From Terriglobia bacterium (GTDB lineage Bacteria; Acidobacteriota; Terriglobia; 2-12-FULL-54-10): 64,000 nucleotides of DNA. Shown here piece after piece: positions 1 to 10,400 of the stretch. The translations under genes were made by a program, and so were the position numbers. Location: assembly GCA_963666975.2 (NCBI GenBank), contig CAXVYR010000004.1, forward strand, positions 2,272,001 through 2,336,000. The letters run 5' to 3'. The notes under the pieces are model-generated. The model had not been told where the DNA came from, made no database searches, and saw only the letters and a list, made by a program, of their open reading frames with translations. The number at the start of each line of letters is the position of its first letter. Positions within the stretch are counted from its first letter, which is position 1.

Positions 1-1
1 C

Positions 2-115
2 ATCAGCGCCACCGCGGATGGAATCGCGGTCCGCTTCAAGAACCTCGCCCTGGAACATCATGCCTTGCTGAGAAACTACGTCCTGGCCCGCGGCATAGGG
101 ATCGAAAAACCGTAG
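2..115 (+). CDS. 3' end of a gene entering from the left, possibly a PilZ-domain protein
   Basis: Frame 2 reads ISATADGIAVRFKNLALEHHALLRNYV...* (TAG 113-115). GIAVRF followed by an amphipathic helix resembles a PilZ C-terminus. Confidence 0.4.
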   Translation: MSATADGIAVRFKNLALEHHALLRNYVLARGIGIEKP

Positions 116-569
116 CCGTCATCGGACGCTCATCGCACAGTGCCCCTTTGGTCCGAAAACCGTCACCGGGCCGTGCCGCTGGCAACAGAAAGAAGTTGTT
201 CGCCTTGCTTGCAGGCGATAGGAAGATGCTTGCAAGAAAAAACAGCGGGTGATTTATTCGCTGTGTCCCCCAGACGGCTTCACGAATTCCGCCTCCAGCC
301 GTTCAAAAAACTCGTCGAACTCTCGAAAGAGACGATCCGCGTCATTCAGATTCAGGGGACGGCTGGCTGGGTTGCTCAGTGTCTCGTAGACCTTCTTTAG
401 AAACCGGAGGTTTTCCGAATCGCCTCCGGCGTTCGGGAGGAGTTACTTTGCCTGGCGGCGGTAAGCGGCACGCACCTCATCCTGCGATGCGCCGGGATGC
501 AAGCCGAGTACGCGATAATAATCCCGCACCATGGAATTCTGGTCTTCGGTTGAAGGCAAAGCGGCGGGC

Positions 570-1067
570 TTAGCGCAGGTATCGGGTGGGCCGGGGGCCT
601 TCCTCCAGCGCCTGGCGGTCCCAAATGGCCGCTTCGCGGGTGTAGTTGGCTAGTTCAAAGTCCTGCGTCAGCTCCAGAGCGTCCACCGGACAGGCATCCT
701 CGCACAGCCCGCAGAACATACAACGCGACAGATCATAGGTGAAGGTGGTCAGCACCTTGCGGCGCGTCTTTTCGTCCCGGGCGCTGCCCACGACGATCAG
801 GTTTTCCGGGCACGCCACAGCGCAAAGATTGCAGGCGATGCAAAGCGTTTCGGCGGACTCCGGGTTGATATTGAGCCGCGGCGCTCCCCGGTACCGTTCG
901 GCCACCTGCGGCCGCTCCAGCGGATATTGCTCGGTGTAAAGCTCCTTGGGTTTGCCTGCATGAGCGCCCACCGCCAGGTTGTAGCGCATGGTCACCCACA
1001 GCCCTTGGAGCAAGTCCACCATGAATATTTTCTTCAGGAAGCTTTTTTCGTTGCTGTTGCCGTTCAC
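570..1067 (-). CDS. nuoI: NADH-quinone oxidoreductase subunit I (2x[4Fe-4S])
   Basis: TEQYP...RYRG, CIACNLCAVACP and RCMFCGLCEDACP motifs. Confidence 0.9.
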   Translation of the reverse strand: MNGNSNEKSFLKKIFMVDLLQGLWVTMRYNLAVGAHAGKPKELYTEQYPLERPQVAERYRGAPRLNINPESAETLCIACNLCAVACPENLIVVGSARDEKTRRKVLTTFTYDLSRCMFCGLCEDACPVDALELTQDFELANYTREAAIWDRQALEEGPRPTRYLR

Positions 1068-1284
1068 AACTCCCCCCGTCCTCTGGAAACTCCGGTGGCA
1101 GGTCTGCTAACCCGGTTTGCAAACAAGGTCTATTTCTCCGCCAAACATCAACCTATCGTAAATTACCTGTTTTGGCAACAAAGATGTATCCAAATGCGGA
1201 GCGGAAGCAAGTGACTGGTTTCCGCCCGCCTCTGCTTTACAGGACGCGGGTAATTTTTGCGAAGGAGGAAGGACAGGCGCAGCC

Positions 1285-2256
1285 TTACCATTCACTGCCT
1301 TCAACGAGTTCGGCCTCCGCTTCGTTGGAGCGGCGTGCGCCAGCTTCAATCCACACGGGGACAGTCCCTGGGTCCAGGCCCGGAGGGAGCGGCGTGTTGA
1401 TTTGCTTGAAGCCGGGATATTGGGAGTCGCCCACATGGACGGGGTTGATGCCGAAGCTTCCCGCGTGGACGCGGAGCGAGTCGCGGGTCACATCGTCCGG
1501 TAACCCCCTCGCATACATCCCCAGGAAGGCGTGCCGTCCGGTGACCGGGATGGGCCGTTCCCAGGTTACAGGATTGAACACCGCAGGAACGTGGAGAGAG
1601 GGGGGGGATTCCAAAGGCGTTCTGCCGTTCCAATTGCGAAAGGCTTTGAGCAGCGTCCGTGTTTCCTCGCGTTGCAGCAGATCGGCCCGCGCAAACCCGG
1701 AGGCGCGGGTCATTCCAATCAGGCACGCCGTGTTCGGTCCCCACCAGTTGTCGTACTGCCCGGCCAGTTCGTCTAGTTCGTAGAATTCCAGGATGGGCCG
1801 GCCGATCTGAGAAGGGAAAAAATTGTCGCTCACCGTGGATTCGATCACGGCCACGTCGCGCGTCATTTCGCAGATGCGCTCCAGTCCCAGCAGCGGGTGG
1901 CGGAGATGATAGACCACGTTCAGGAACAGCACGATGTCAAAAGTCCCCAGCTTCTTGCGGTCCAGCGCATAGACGCTCATCTCATGGAATTCTACATTTG
2001 ACCGCAGCGCCTGACGCGCTCGGAAGAAGTTTTCCGGGCGGAAACAGTCCACCGCCACCACCTCGGCGCCGTGCCGCTCCGCCTCGAAGCTGTAGAACCC
2101 GTCCCAACAACCCATGTCCAGGACCCGCTTGCCGGTGAGATCGTCCGGCAGTCCGAAACTTGCATAGATTTTCCGCAACTCTCCCAGTTTGCGAACCCCT
2201 GGGGTAACGTTGCCGCCGCCGAGATCAATGCTGTGCCACCAGGAGCCGGATTCCAT
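1285..2256 (-). CDS. Class I SAM-dependent methyltransferase (DUF1698/CmoB-like) with an extra C-terminal domain; start uncertain
   Basis: WWHSIDLG, GKRVLDMGCWDGFYSF, FDIVLFLNVVYHLRHP. The upstream part of the 550-aa track ORF belongs to the neighbouring broken gene. Confidence 0.8.
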   Translation of the reverse strand: MESGSWWHSIDLGGGNVTPGVRKLGELRKIYASFGLPDDLTGKRVLDMGCWDGFYSFEAERHGAEVVAVDCFRPENFFRARQALRSNVEFHEMSVYALDRKKLGTFDIVLFLNVVYHLRHPLLGLERICEMTRDVAVIESTVSDNFFPSQIGRPILEFYELDELAGQYDNWWGPNTACLIGMTRASGFARADLLQREETRTLLKAFRNWNGRTPLESPPSLHVPAVFNPVTWERPIPVTGRHAFLGMYARGLPDDVTRDSLRVHAGSFGINPVHVGDSQYPGFKQINTPLPPGLDPGTVPVWIEAGARRSNEAEAELVEGSEW

Positions 2257-2315
2257 CGCCGCGCGGTGCTCGCCTGCTCGTTGGCGGATTCGTTCCTGGG
2301 GCGACTCTGGTTCCC

Positions 2316-3677
2316 TCACGGACGGAATCTCCCGGGCGTAATCGGCTGCCGCCCTTGCCGAACGAAGGGAGCGCGCGGAAGAGACGCGGGCGGGCGGAGC
2401 CATCTTTGGAAAGCTTCTCTTTGCGGCGTCAGGGTGCGATCCAAAAAGTACTTGCCGAAGTGGGAGGCGTCCCTGCCCCACTCGTCCTTTTCGCCCGGCT
2501 GCTCGTAGAGAACCCAGTTGAAGAGGAACGCCACGCCTTCCTCGATGGACGCATCGATGATCGCCTGGAGCCGTTCCGCTGTGGGGTACAGATCCCAGTA
2601 CTCTCCAAACTCCCCTACGATGATGCGCTGGGGGAGTCCGGTTTTCTCGGCAAAACGGCGGACGATCCGGATACCCTCCCGAAAGGGAATTTCCACGTTC
2701 CCGGCATCCAGGTCCCACGCAATAGACCACCAGGCGCTGTAGCTCAGGTAATCCAGCCCTTGCAACTTGCTTCCGAGTCTCCACCAGTCCCGTTTTTGCT
2801 GACGGCCTTCCCTGGAATCCAGGAACAATGGTGAACTCGAAGGCTGTGAAGACCCTTCCTGGATATCCTGTTGCCTGGCGCGCTTCCCGCCTGCCCGGCA
2901 AGGACTCCATCGATGCGAGCCTGGAGGTAACGGGCAAATCCAGGCCAGGTCATGGTTTGCGTCCGGAACGGTCAGCTCGCGTGACGACAGATTCGGCCGC
3001 TTCCTGCTGAATTCCGGGTTCCAAAGAGGATGAAAATCCGGGTCCAGTTGTTCGATTGGAAAGCGTCCGGGCAAAAGAAGAATCCAGCTCTCCGAGGCAG
3101 GGAAATTCTTCACGCCCGAACGCCTCAGGGCGGTAGAGAACTCGATCCGTCTATGTCTGCCGCTTGCTCCAGCCTGGTTCTGGTGAGCCCCTTCGCCTGT
3201 TCGCCGCCCCGCAATACAATGCGGCGGGCAACCTGCGCCGCGTCCTGCGTTTGATCCAGGCCTTCTACTGCTCATCTCGTTCCTTTGACGAAACCAGTCC
3301 AACAAGTCAATCCACTTGCTTGGATCTAACGGCCTTCCCATGATGACGAAGGCTGGAAACTATCCTTGCTGGCGCGCTTCCCGCCTCCCGGGAAGGAAGA
3401 TCGCCTGAGGATAGTCGGCTCTGGTCATCTTTTCATCCAGAGGCCGCAAATCCTTCTCAAACGGCGGCGGGTCCCACCGGGGACCGATAAAGATTCGGGT
3501 CACCTGGTCCGCACCCAGCCTTTTGGCGTCGGACGCGGCAGAAATTAGATCGGGCATCTGCCCCCAAATATAAATGCCGACTTTCCGCTGGATCGTTTCA
3601 GGAGATGCTGCCGCAAGGAGGGAAGTCGAAAGAAAGAAGACGACCGTAACAAAAAATCGGGCATCCTTAGCCTTCAA
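2316..3677 (-). pseudogene. Frameshifted or garbled secreted protein with a glycoside-hydrolase-like (TIM barrel) C-terminus
   Basis: Signal peptide at 3677. Coherent pieces lie in three frames (FARYLQARIDG / VFTAFEFTIVPGF / LDYLSYSAW...IIVGEFG...FLFNWVLYE). The middle is overwritten by IS3-derived sequence. Confidence 0.5.
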
Positions 3678-4077
3678 GAAGACCTCCGTAACCAGGAACG
3701 CGTATGGGCTCGGGCTGAAAGTTCATTTTCTCACATTTAGGAGTTGTATTGTTGGCTATGAGCCCGAGCAAATTGAGGGCTGATAACAAGCTGGCGAGAG
3801 ATGCATTCCCCAGAGTGAATAGAACGGCGACAGCAACAAGGATGGGAAAACGCCTCATGGCAATTTTCTGCTCGCTCTCCTGAGTTGGCCGAGGCGCTCG
3901 GTCAGCCGTCCAAACCAGCGTCCGGGAAGCCCTTCGCGGGGTTTGTAGTGGGATAAGGGCAAAATCTACCGTATATTGTTCGTTTTGACAACTAGAGATG
4001 TATCCGTATGCGGAGTGTTTGCCTGCCAGCGCCGCAGGCGCAGATGATGCAATCTGCCGTGCTATATTCGAAATGCC

Positions 4078-4581
4078 ATGCCAGATGAAATGCCAGATGA
4101 AATGCTAGATGCGATGAAGGGCGCAATGAAGGAAGCGGACATACGTTTCATGCAAGCGGCTCTGGAGGAAGCACGGCTGGCCGAAGCGGAAGGAGAGGTC
4201 CCCGTGGGGGCCGTCGTGGTGCGGGGCACGGAGATCATCGGTCGCGGTGGAAACCGGAATATCAGCCGGAAGGACCCCACAGCGCACGCCGAGATGGTGG
4301 CCATGCGCCAGGCGGCCGAACGGCTGGGCCACCACCGTCTGGAGGGTTGCACCCTGTACGTCACATTGGAGCCCTGCGCGATGTGCGCCGGGGCCGCCGT
4401 GCTGGCCCGCCTGGAGCGGATGGTGTATGGTTGCGATGATCCGAAAGGCGGCGCGGTGCGCACGCTGTTTCGCGTGGCTGACGACAACCGCCTCAACCAC
4501 AGGTTGCAGGTGGAACGAGGCGTTCTCGAGCAGGAGTGCGCCGCCTGCCTCCGGGAGTTTTTCCAGAAAAAACGAGAGTAG
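4078..4581 (+). CDS. tadA: tRNA adenosine(34) deaminase
   Basis: EVPVGAV, DPTAHAE, LYVTLEPCAMC, LNH and EFF motifs. Confidence 0.95.
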   Translation: MPDEMPDEMLDAMKGAMKEADIRFMQAALEEARLAEAEGEVPVGAVVVRGTEIIGRGGNRNISRKDPTAHAEMVAMRQAAERLGHHRLEGCTLYVTLEPCAMCAGAAVLARLERMVYGCDDPKGGAVRTLFRVADDNRLNHRLQVERGVLEQECAACLREFFQKKRE

Positions 4582-4668
4582 CGGGAAGGATTTCTCCGTT
4601 GCTTACCCGTCACCCCTGACATCGTGATAAACTGAACAAAGACCCCGAGTTCAGCAACCAAGGTAGAC

Positions 4669-5934
4669 ATGCTAAAACCCCAACTCTAGAGAAACATTCA
4701 ATATGTTCGAAACATTGAGATCGAGGGATTTCGCAGCTTCCGGCATGTAGATTTAGATATCCCGTCTCTTGCCGTTCTCATCGGACCCAATGGCAGCGGC
4801 AAGTCAAATTTTCTCGATCTTCTTTCTCTTATGGCTGAAGCTGCACGCGGAGGTTTGGCCGAAGGTATAGCCTCGCGAGGTGGGTTTAACAATCTGGCTT
4901 TTAGGGGAGACCCCGGAGACATTTTCTTAGGACTTCGTTTCCAAGCTACAGGGGTATTCGAAGAAGAAAGAGAAAACGTTACCTTCAAGCTCAAACTAAA
5001 AAAATTCGGTCCAAATCCAAAGGTTTGGTTCGAGCAAGTTTCCAAAGCCCCGCGACCCCCTTTCCACCGGGCACCACTCATGCTTATGCATCGGGATAAG
5101 GATGGATGTATGTTTCGGTCAATTAAAACCGGAATGAAAGAGGAACTGGAGGAAAATGAAGAGGGAAAAGCCTTGGAGTCCGACTCTGAACTAGCAATTT
5201 CACAGGTTAAAGACCAAGAAAAATATCCGACGCCATATAAACTTTTGCGGCTATTACAGGAGTGGACTCTCTGCCGGGATATCAATGTGGATGCCAACGC
5301 TCCTGTCCGGCAACCTTCGCTAATTCGCGCGACCCTACGTCTTGGTCCAAACGGTACAAACCTGGCTTCAGTTCTCTACTCGATCCAACAACAACATCCT
5401 TCGAAGAAATCCTTGAAACAGCGTATCCCAATCTCCATTGCTATTTGGAAGGAGATCGAAGAAATCCTTGAAACAGCGTATCCCAATCTCCATTCCATTA
5501 CGTTTCCCCCAGAAGGTGGTGACGGAAAGGTTCTTCTTCGGTGGTGGGAACGGCCATATGAAAAGGAGAGCGGATTTTCTGCCAACCTCTTGTCTGACGG
5601 CACTCTTAAGTTTCTTTGTCTGATAGCGATTCTGAAAAGCCCTGACCCGCCCCCGCTCATCTGTATCGACGAACCTGAACTTGGTCTCCATCCGGACTGG
5701 ATCAAATTGGTTGCGGAATTGATGCAATCGGCAGCTAGCCGAACCCAACTGGTAGTTGCTACTCACTCCCCTCAACTAGTGGCAAAACTCCGCCCTGATC
5801 AGGTCATTGTGGCAGAAAAGGTGGACGGAGAAACTCAACTGAAGCGGCTTTCGGAAGAGAAACTGGGGAAATGGCTAGAGGAATTTAATCTGGGCGACCT
5901 CTGGATTGCTGGCCATTTCGGTGGTCGGCCTTGA
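4669..5934 (+). CDS. AAA_21/ABC-type (SMC/OLD-like) ATPase; in-frame TAG at codon 7
   Basis: ATG at 4669, TAG at 4687-4689, then in frame IEIEGFRSF, Walker A GPNGSGKS, LSDGT signature, Walker B ICIDEPELGLHP and H-loop VATHSP. Confidence 0.85.
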
Positions 5935-6578
5935 GAACCAACACTCCGAAGAAAGGGGGGAGAATCGTTATTTTATGTGAAGGCGAGACTGAAGAACTTG
6001 CTGTGAGACATTCCATTGCGAGGCGATGGCAGACAGAAGATCACCAAACTGTTGGGTTAAAAGCAATAGGTTTAAGAGGTAGGATACAGGATGTCGCCGT
6101 TAAGAGTAGGCTTTTCCTTGACGAGCAAAACGTTCTTGGAGTTTTTACGCTCGTTGACCTTTACAGGATGGATCGAGTTGATCACCCAGTTGGCGACTCC
6201 CTCAATACAAAAGTGCAGCGAGTCCGTGATTGGTTAAAAGCGCAAGTGAGTCATACTCGATCTAATGATTTTTACCCTCACGTCAGTGTGCACGAGACCG
6301 AAGCCTGGATTTTGGCTGAAGGTTCTGCCTTAGCAGGGCGGTTAAATGACAACAGCCTTAGACCAGACCCCAATGCCGAATTGAAAAATTTCCAACTGCC
6401 TCCTTCTAAACATATTAACGAACTCTTCCTCACGAGAAAACACGGTGACCGATATCAGAAGATTAGAGATGGCACTCCTCTTTTCAAAGCAATAAAGTTC
6501 GACGTGGTTTATAACTCATGTCAATACTTCCGAGCTTTCTACGAAGATCTAAAAGCCGCAGGTCGTAGTTCGGAGTGA
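5931..6578 (+). CDS. DUF4276-like (TOPRIM/RloB-like) protein
   Basis: IVILCEGETEE, TLVD, VHETEAWILA, PPSK and Y.KI.DG motifs; 4-bp overlap with the ATPase. Confidence 0.8.
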   Translation: MRTNTPKKGGRIVILCEGETEELAVRHSIARRWQTEDHQTVGLKAIGLRGRIQDVAVKSRLFLDEQNVLGVFTLVDLYRMDRVDHPVGDSLNTKVQRVRDWLKAQVSHTRSNDFYPHVSVHETEAWILAEGSALAGRLNDNSLRPDPNAELKNFQLPPSKHINELFLTRKHGDRYQKIRDGTPLFKAIKFDVVYNSCQYFRAFYEDLKAAGRSSE

Positions 6579-6761
6579 TTCCGAGTCCTCATATCTTTAC
6601 AGGCGCTTTTTTTGTTTAGAATGTCCTCTGATCCGGGTCGCGGGCTGTGTGCCTTAGCTGCCCGGTCCCTGGCAGCCGGACGGAGTCTGAGCGAAATCCA
6701 CCACAGTAACCGGTTGTGCACCTATGTCCGTTGCTGCTAATCTATTGAAAACACGGCATGC

Positions 6762-6851
6762 GGTGAGGTGCGAGAGTGGTTGAATCGGGCGGTCTCGAAA
6801 ACCGTTGAGCCTTTGCGGGCTCCGTGGGTTCGAATCCCACCCTCACCGCCA
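6762..6851 (+). tRNA. tRNA-Ser(CGA)
   Basis: Acceptor GGTGAGG/CCTCACC with G-CCA end, anticodon arm GCGGT-CTCGAAA-ACCGT, long variable arm GAGCC-TTTGC-GGGCTC, T-loop GGTTCGAATCC. Confidence 0.97.
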
Positions 6852-7442
6852 TTTTTATCCTTTTATTTCCTGTCAATTAACAGTGGCCTTTTCGTCGCGT
6901 ACCTCATACGTACCCTTCGTCAGAGAAAACGCCAGGGCGTCTCTTTGCCAACTGCGCGCCACGTCTGCTTCCAACTGCTCCTGTCTAGCACGTACCCAGG
7001 GTGCATAATGCTTCTCCGTCACCCGGATGCTTGTATGTCCCAATAACACCGATACTCTCTCACTTTAGGTGGTACAAAAAGAGCCGGTCAGGTCAGGACC
7101 GTCTCCAAACCGGCATTTCCAGCCTGTTCGTGTTCCAATCGCGGCAAAGCAAAAAACGAAACAAATCTCTACCCGACAATCAGTTGCCGCTCGTGCACCG
7201 AGCGTTAACCGGACGGCAGTGGTTTTAAATTTACAAAAGGCTGGCGTCTCTCTTCGAGAGGATCGACAACTGGTCGCTGAGGAACTTGCAGTCACGTTTA
7301 GTGAAGACCGGTGAGCAGCCGGTTATAAGCCATCAGCGCGAGTTGGGTAGCGCTTTTCTGTATCAACCGGTTTCATCGCCCCAGGCTGTAATGTAAACTT
7401 TCTCAGTCACGCTGGTACAAAAGATCGGTCTGGTCAATTCGC

Positions 7443-10400
7443 TTAGAACGAGAATCGCAACGCAAACTGAATCTGCCGGGCGGTAGTGACGGTACTTCGT
7501 ATTCTTCCCGCGGTGGGATTGGGACGGCCGGAAGCTCCTGAAAAGACGATGGCCTGAGCAAGACCGAAATTGGCATGGTTCGGCAGATTGAAAAATTCCG
7601 CCCGAAATTGCAGGCGCCTCTTCGCATCCAAGACAAATTCTCTCTGGAGGGAGACGTCCACATTGAACACGCTTGGTCCAATGACAGTGTTGCGCCCGAC
7701 ATTCCCGAGGGTACCCGGTTCCGGCACGCTATACACGGAAGGATCGAAATATTGGTCAGGGCCACCCTGAGTGGAGTTATTGCTCCGCCCGGGAAGCAAG
7801 TTAGGCCGAGTGGCTGCAAACAGGTAGCCCGGGGTAAGAACATTGATTCGCGCGGTGAAAGGGGTCCCCGTACGAAACCGCACAATGCCTCCCAGCCGCC
7901 AGCCTTCGAAAACGTGCGCCAGGACGCCGGAGTTCCACCAGCGCAGCCCGCTCCCCAAGGGAAGAGTGTAAAAGTAATTGAACACCAGACGATGGCGGAT
8001 GTCGAAATTCGAAAGGCCCCGTTCCAGAGTCCGCATCAGCCCATACTGAGTGGGATTACCATGAAAGGAAAAAGTGGAGGCGTCATCCACGGACTTACTG
8101 TAAGTATAGCTGGCTTGCAAGGAAATCCCTCGGCTGAGGCTCTTGTTGGCAGAAAGCTGCAAAGAGTTATAGAAGGATTGTGCGTCACTACTCATGATTA
8201 AAATCCCTCCGAAAGCAGGATTAACCGGGCCTGCCTCGGAGGTTGGCACTGGCGGGCAAGTAGGATTCGCAACCAGATCCTCCTGGGCCACATCGGGAGG
8301 AAAACAGAGCGACTCGTCCGCCCTAGTGATGGGGAGTGGGAACAAGTTGGATTCATAGCCACGGAACAAATGGTTGCCCCTTGCTCCTACATAGGATGCC
8401 CGGGTACGCCAGCCTCCGGGCAGCTGCTGTTGGAGCGCGAAGCTGTAGCGCAACACCATAGGGGTGGTGAAGTGATGGTAATCCAGGATCCGAGCTTCGA
8501 GGGGTATTCCGGCGGCGGCCGTCACCGCGTCGGGAAAGATTGTAGAGGAGTCAAAGTTGGTTCTCACTACTTGCTTGTAAAAAGGAGCCGTGCTTTTTGC
8601 CTGGTCCACCACATATTTGAGCATTTGATCGTAGTAAATCCCAAAGCCGGCACGCAGCACCGTATTCTGGCTGCCCCAAGGGGACCAGGTAATGCCCAGG
8701 CGTGGGGAAAGATTGCGCGGGGAAGGGTTTTTCTCTAGAAGCGGTCCAATCTGCACTGCTGGGTCCCGCACCGGATCGGGGAGGAAAGTGGTTTTGCCGT
8801 CCCTGTCGTGGATGAGCGTGGCAAATTCATAGCGGACGCCCAGATTGAGTTGGAAACGGGGACTGACCGTATAGGCATCCTGAAGATAGAATCCCAGCAA
8901 GGTCTGGCGGTAAGCCTTTCTACTATCTGCGCCCGGCAAAGCAGTCTTCAAGGTGGTTCCCTCCGGCCCGCCCTGCAGAAAGCTTTCCAGGCTATTGAAA
9001 AGCCAAGTGCCTCCCTTAAACGAACTGGAGAACAGATCCCAGCGATAGCGATGAACTTCGACTCCCATCTTCAGCGCGTGGGCTCCCCTCTGAGCCACCA
9101 CATCGTCGGCGAATTGAAAGGTATTCGTAATATTGGCTAATGGGTTGGTGGACATAGGGCCGAAATTACTTAAACCGGGAACGGAGATCTGCCCAAGCTG
9201 GGGAGCGTCTGGAATAAAGAACAACGAAGGGTCAATCTCAATAGAGGAAAGACTCTCTGCGGCATTCACTGGCCGGGTGTACCCCAAGCGGAATGAGTTC
9301 AAAAGACTGGGGTTAAAAATATGGGTTCCCACCAGGGTCAAATACTGCTGACGGCTATTATTCAGCCTCGTGAAGAGAACAGTGGACTCCGCGGAATGAC
9401 TGGTGGCGTCGTCAAAGGTATAGCGAGCGAAGAGGCTGTCCCGCTCGGAAATCTGGTGATCCAGGCGAACGGTGAAAAAATTTTCATCGGTGGGCAAGAA
9501 CTGGGAGTCGATGTATTCGCCTATTCCCCTCCCTACACTGACCGAGTTGGGTAGAGGATAAAGCTCAAGGTAAGGTACCACCCTCGGGTTCACCGGAACG
9601 GTCTGAATCACTGCTCCGGAAGCGTCGGTGATCATCCCCTGCCGGGCCAGTTCGTCTGGAAAGAAGTCAATTTCCGTCTTGGTCAGCCGGTCGCGCAGCC
9701 CCTCAAAGCTGCCCATAAAAAAGGTTCTATCCTTCACCACCGGACCCGTGAGCGTGAATCCGAACTGGTTGCGCTTGAAGGGCGGCGGCTCCGGGCCGGG
9801 GTCATAGAAATTCCGCGCATCCAGCTTGCTGTTGCGAAAGTACTCGAAGAAGGTGCCGTGGAACTCCGGAGTCCCGGAGCGAGTGATGGAGTTCAACACA
9901 CCGCCGCTGCCCCGGCCATAATCGGCCCCGGTTATTGTTAATATCTGAACCTGCAATACCGCCTCCGAGCCGAGTTGCACGCCTGCCGCGCTCCGCGGGA
10001 CCTGATTTCTGTGATCCATGATGTTGGTCCCATCCAGCAAAAAATTGTTGGAGGTGGACCGCCCTCCCGATATAGTGAGCCCCCCGCCGCCAATTCCCCG
10101 GGACCCCGAAGCGGCAGAAGGATCGCTCACACCGCTCTGGAGGGTCGCCAGTTGGCTGTAACTGCGGCCGTTGAGAGGTAGTCCGACTAGCTGGCTTTCA
10201 CTGATCTGGCCTGCATTGGTGGCAGAGGACTCCTTATCTGCACCCTCGCCCGTGCTCTGGGCTGTTCGTTCCTGATCTCCGGAATCTCGTTCCAACACCA
10301 AATCCAAAGTCACCAACTGCTCTGCGCCTAGTTCCAACCCTTCCTGCAACCGGCTGACAAAACCAGCCTGGGAAGCCTGGACTTCGTAAGTACCGGGAAC

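Noticed and set aside
163-443. Minus-strand open frame LKKVYETL...FREFDEFFERLEAEF
   Set aside because: Looks protein-like but has no start codon after the upstream TAA and no recognisable family.
1285-2937. 550-aa ORF as a single protein
   Set aside because: The N-terminal part is shifted-frame sequence of the neighbouring broken gene; only the methyltransferase part is credible.
6852-7440. Prophage or integrative element at tRNA-Ser
   Set aside because: No integrase and no duplicated tRNA 3' end seen in the window; the short ORFs here have no recognisable motifs.
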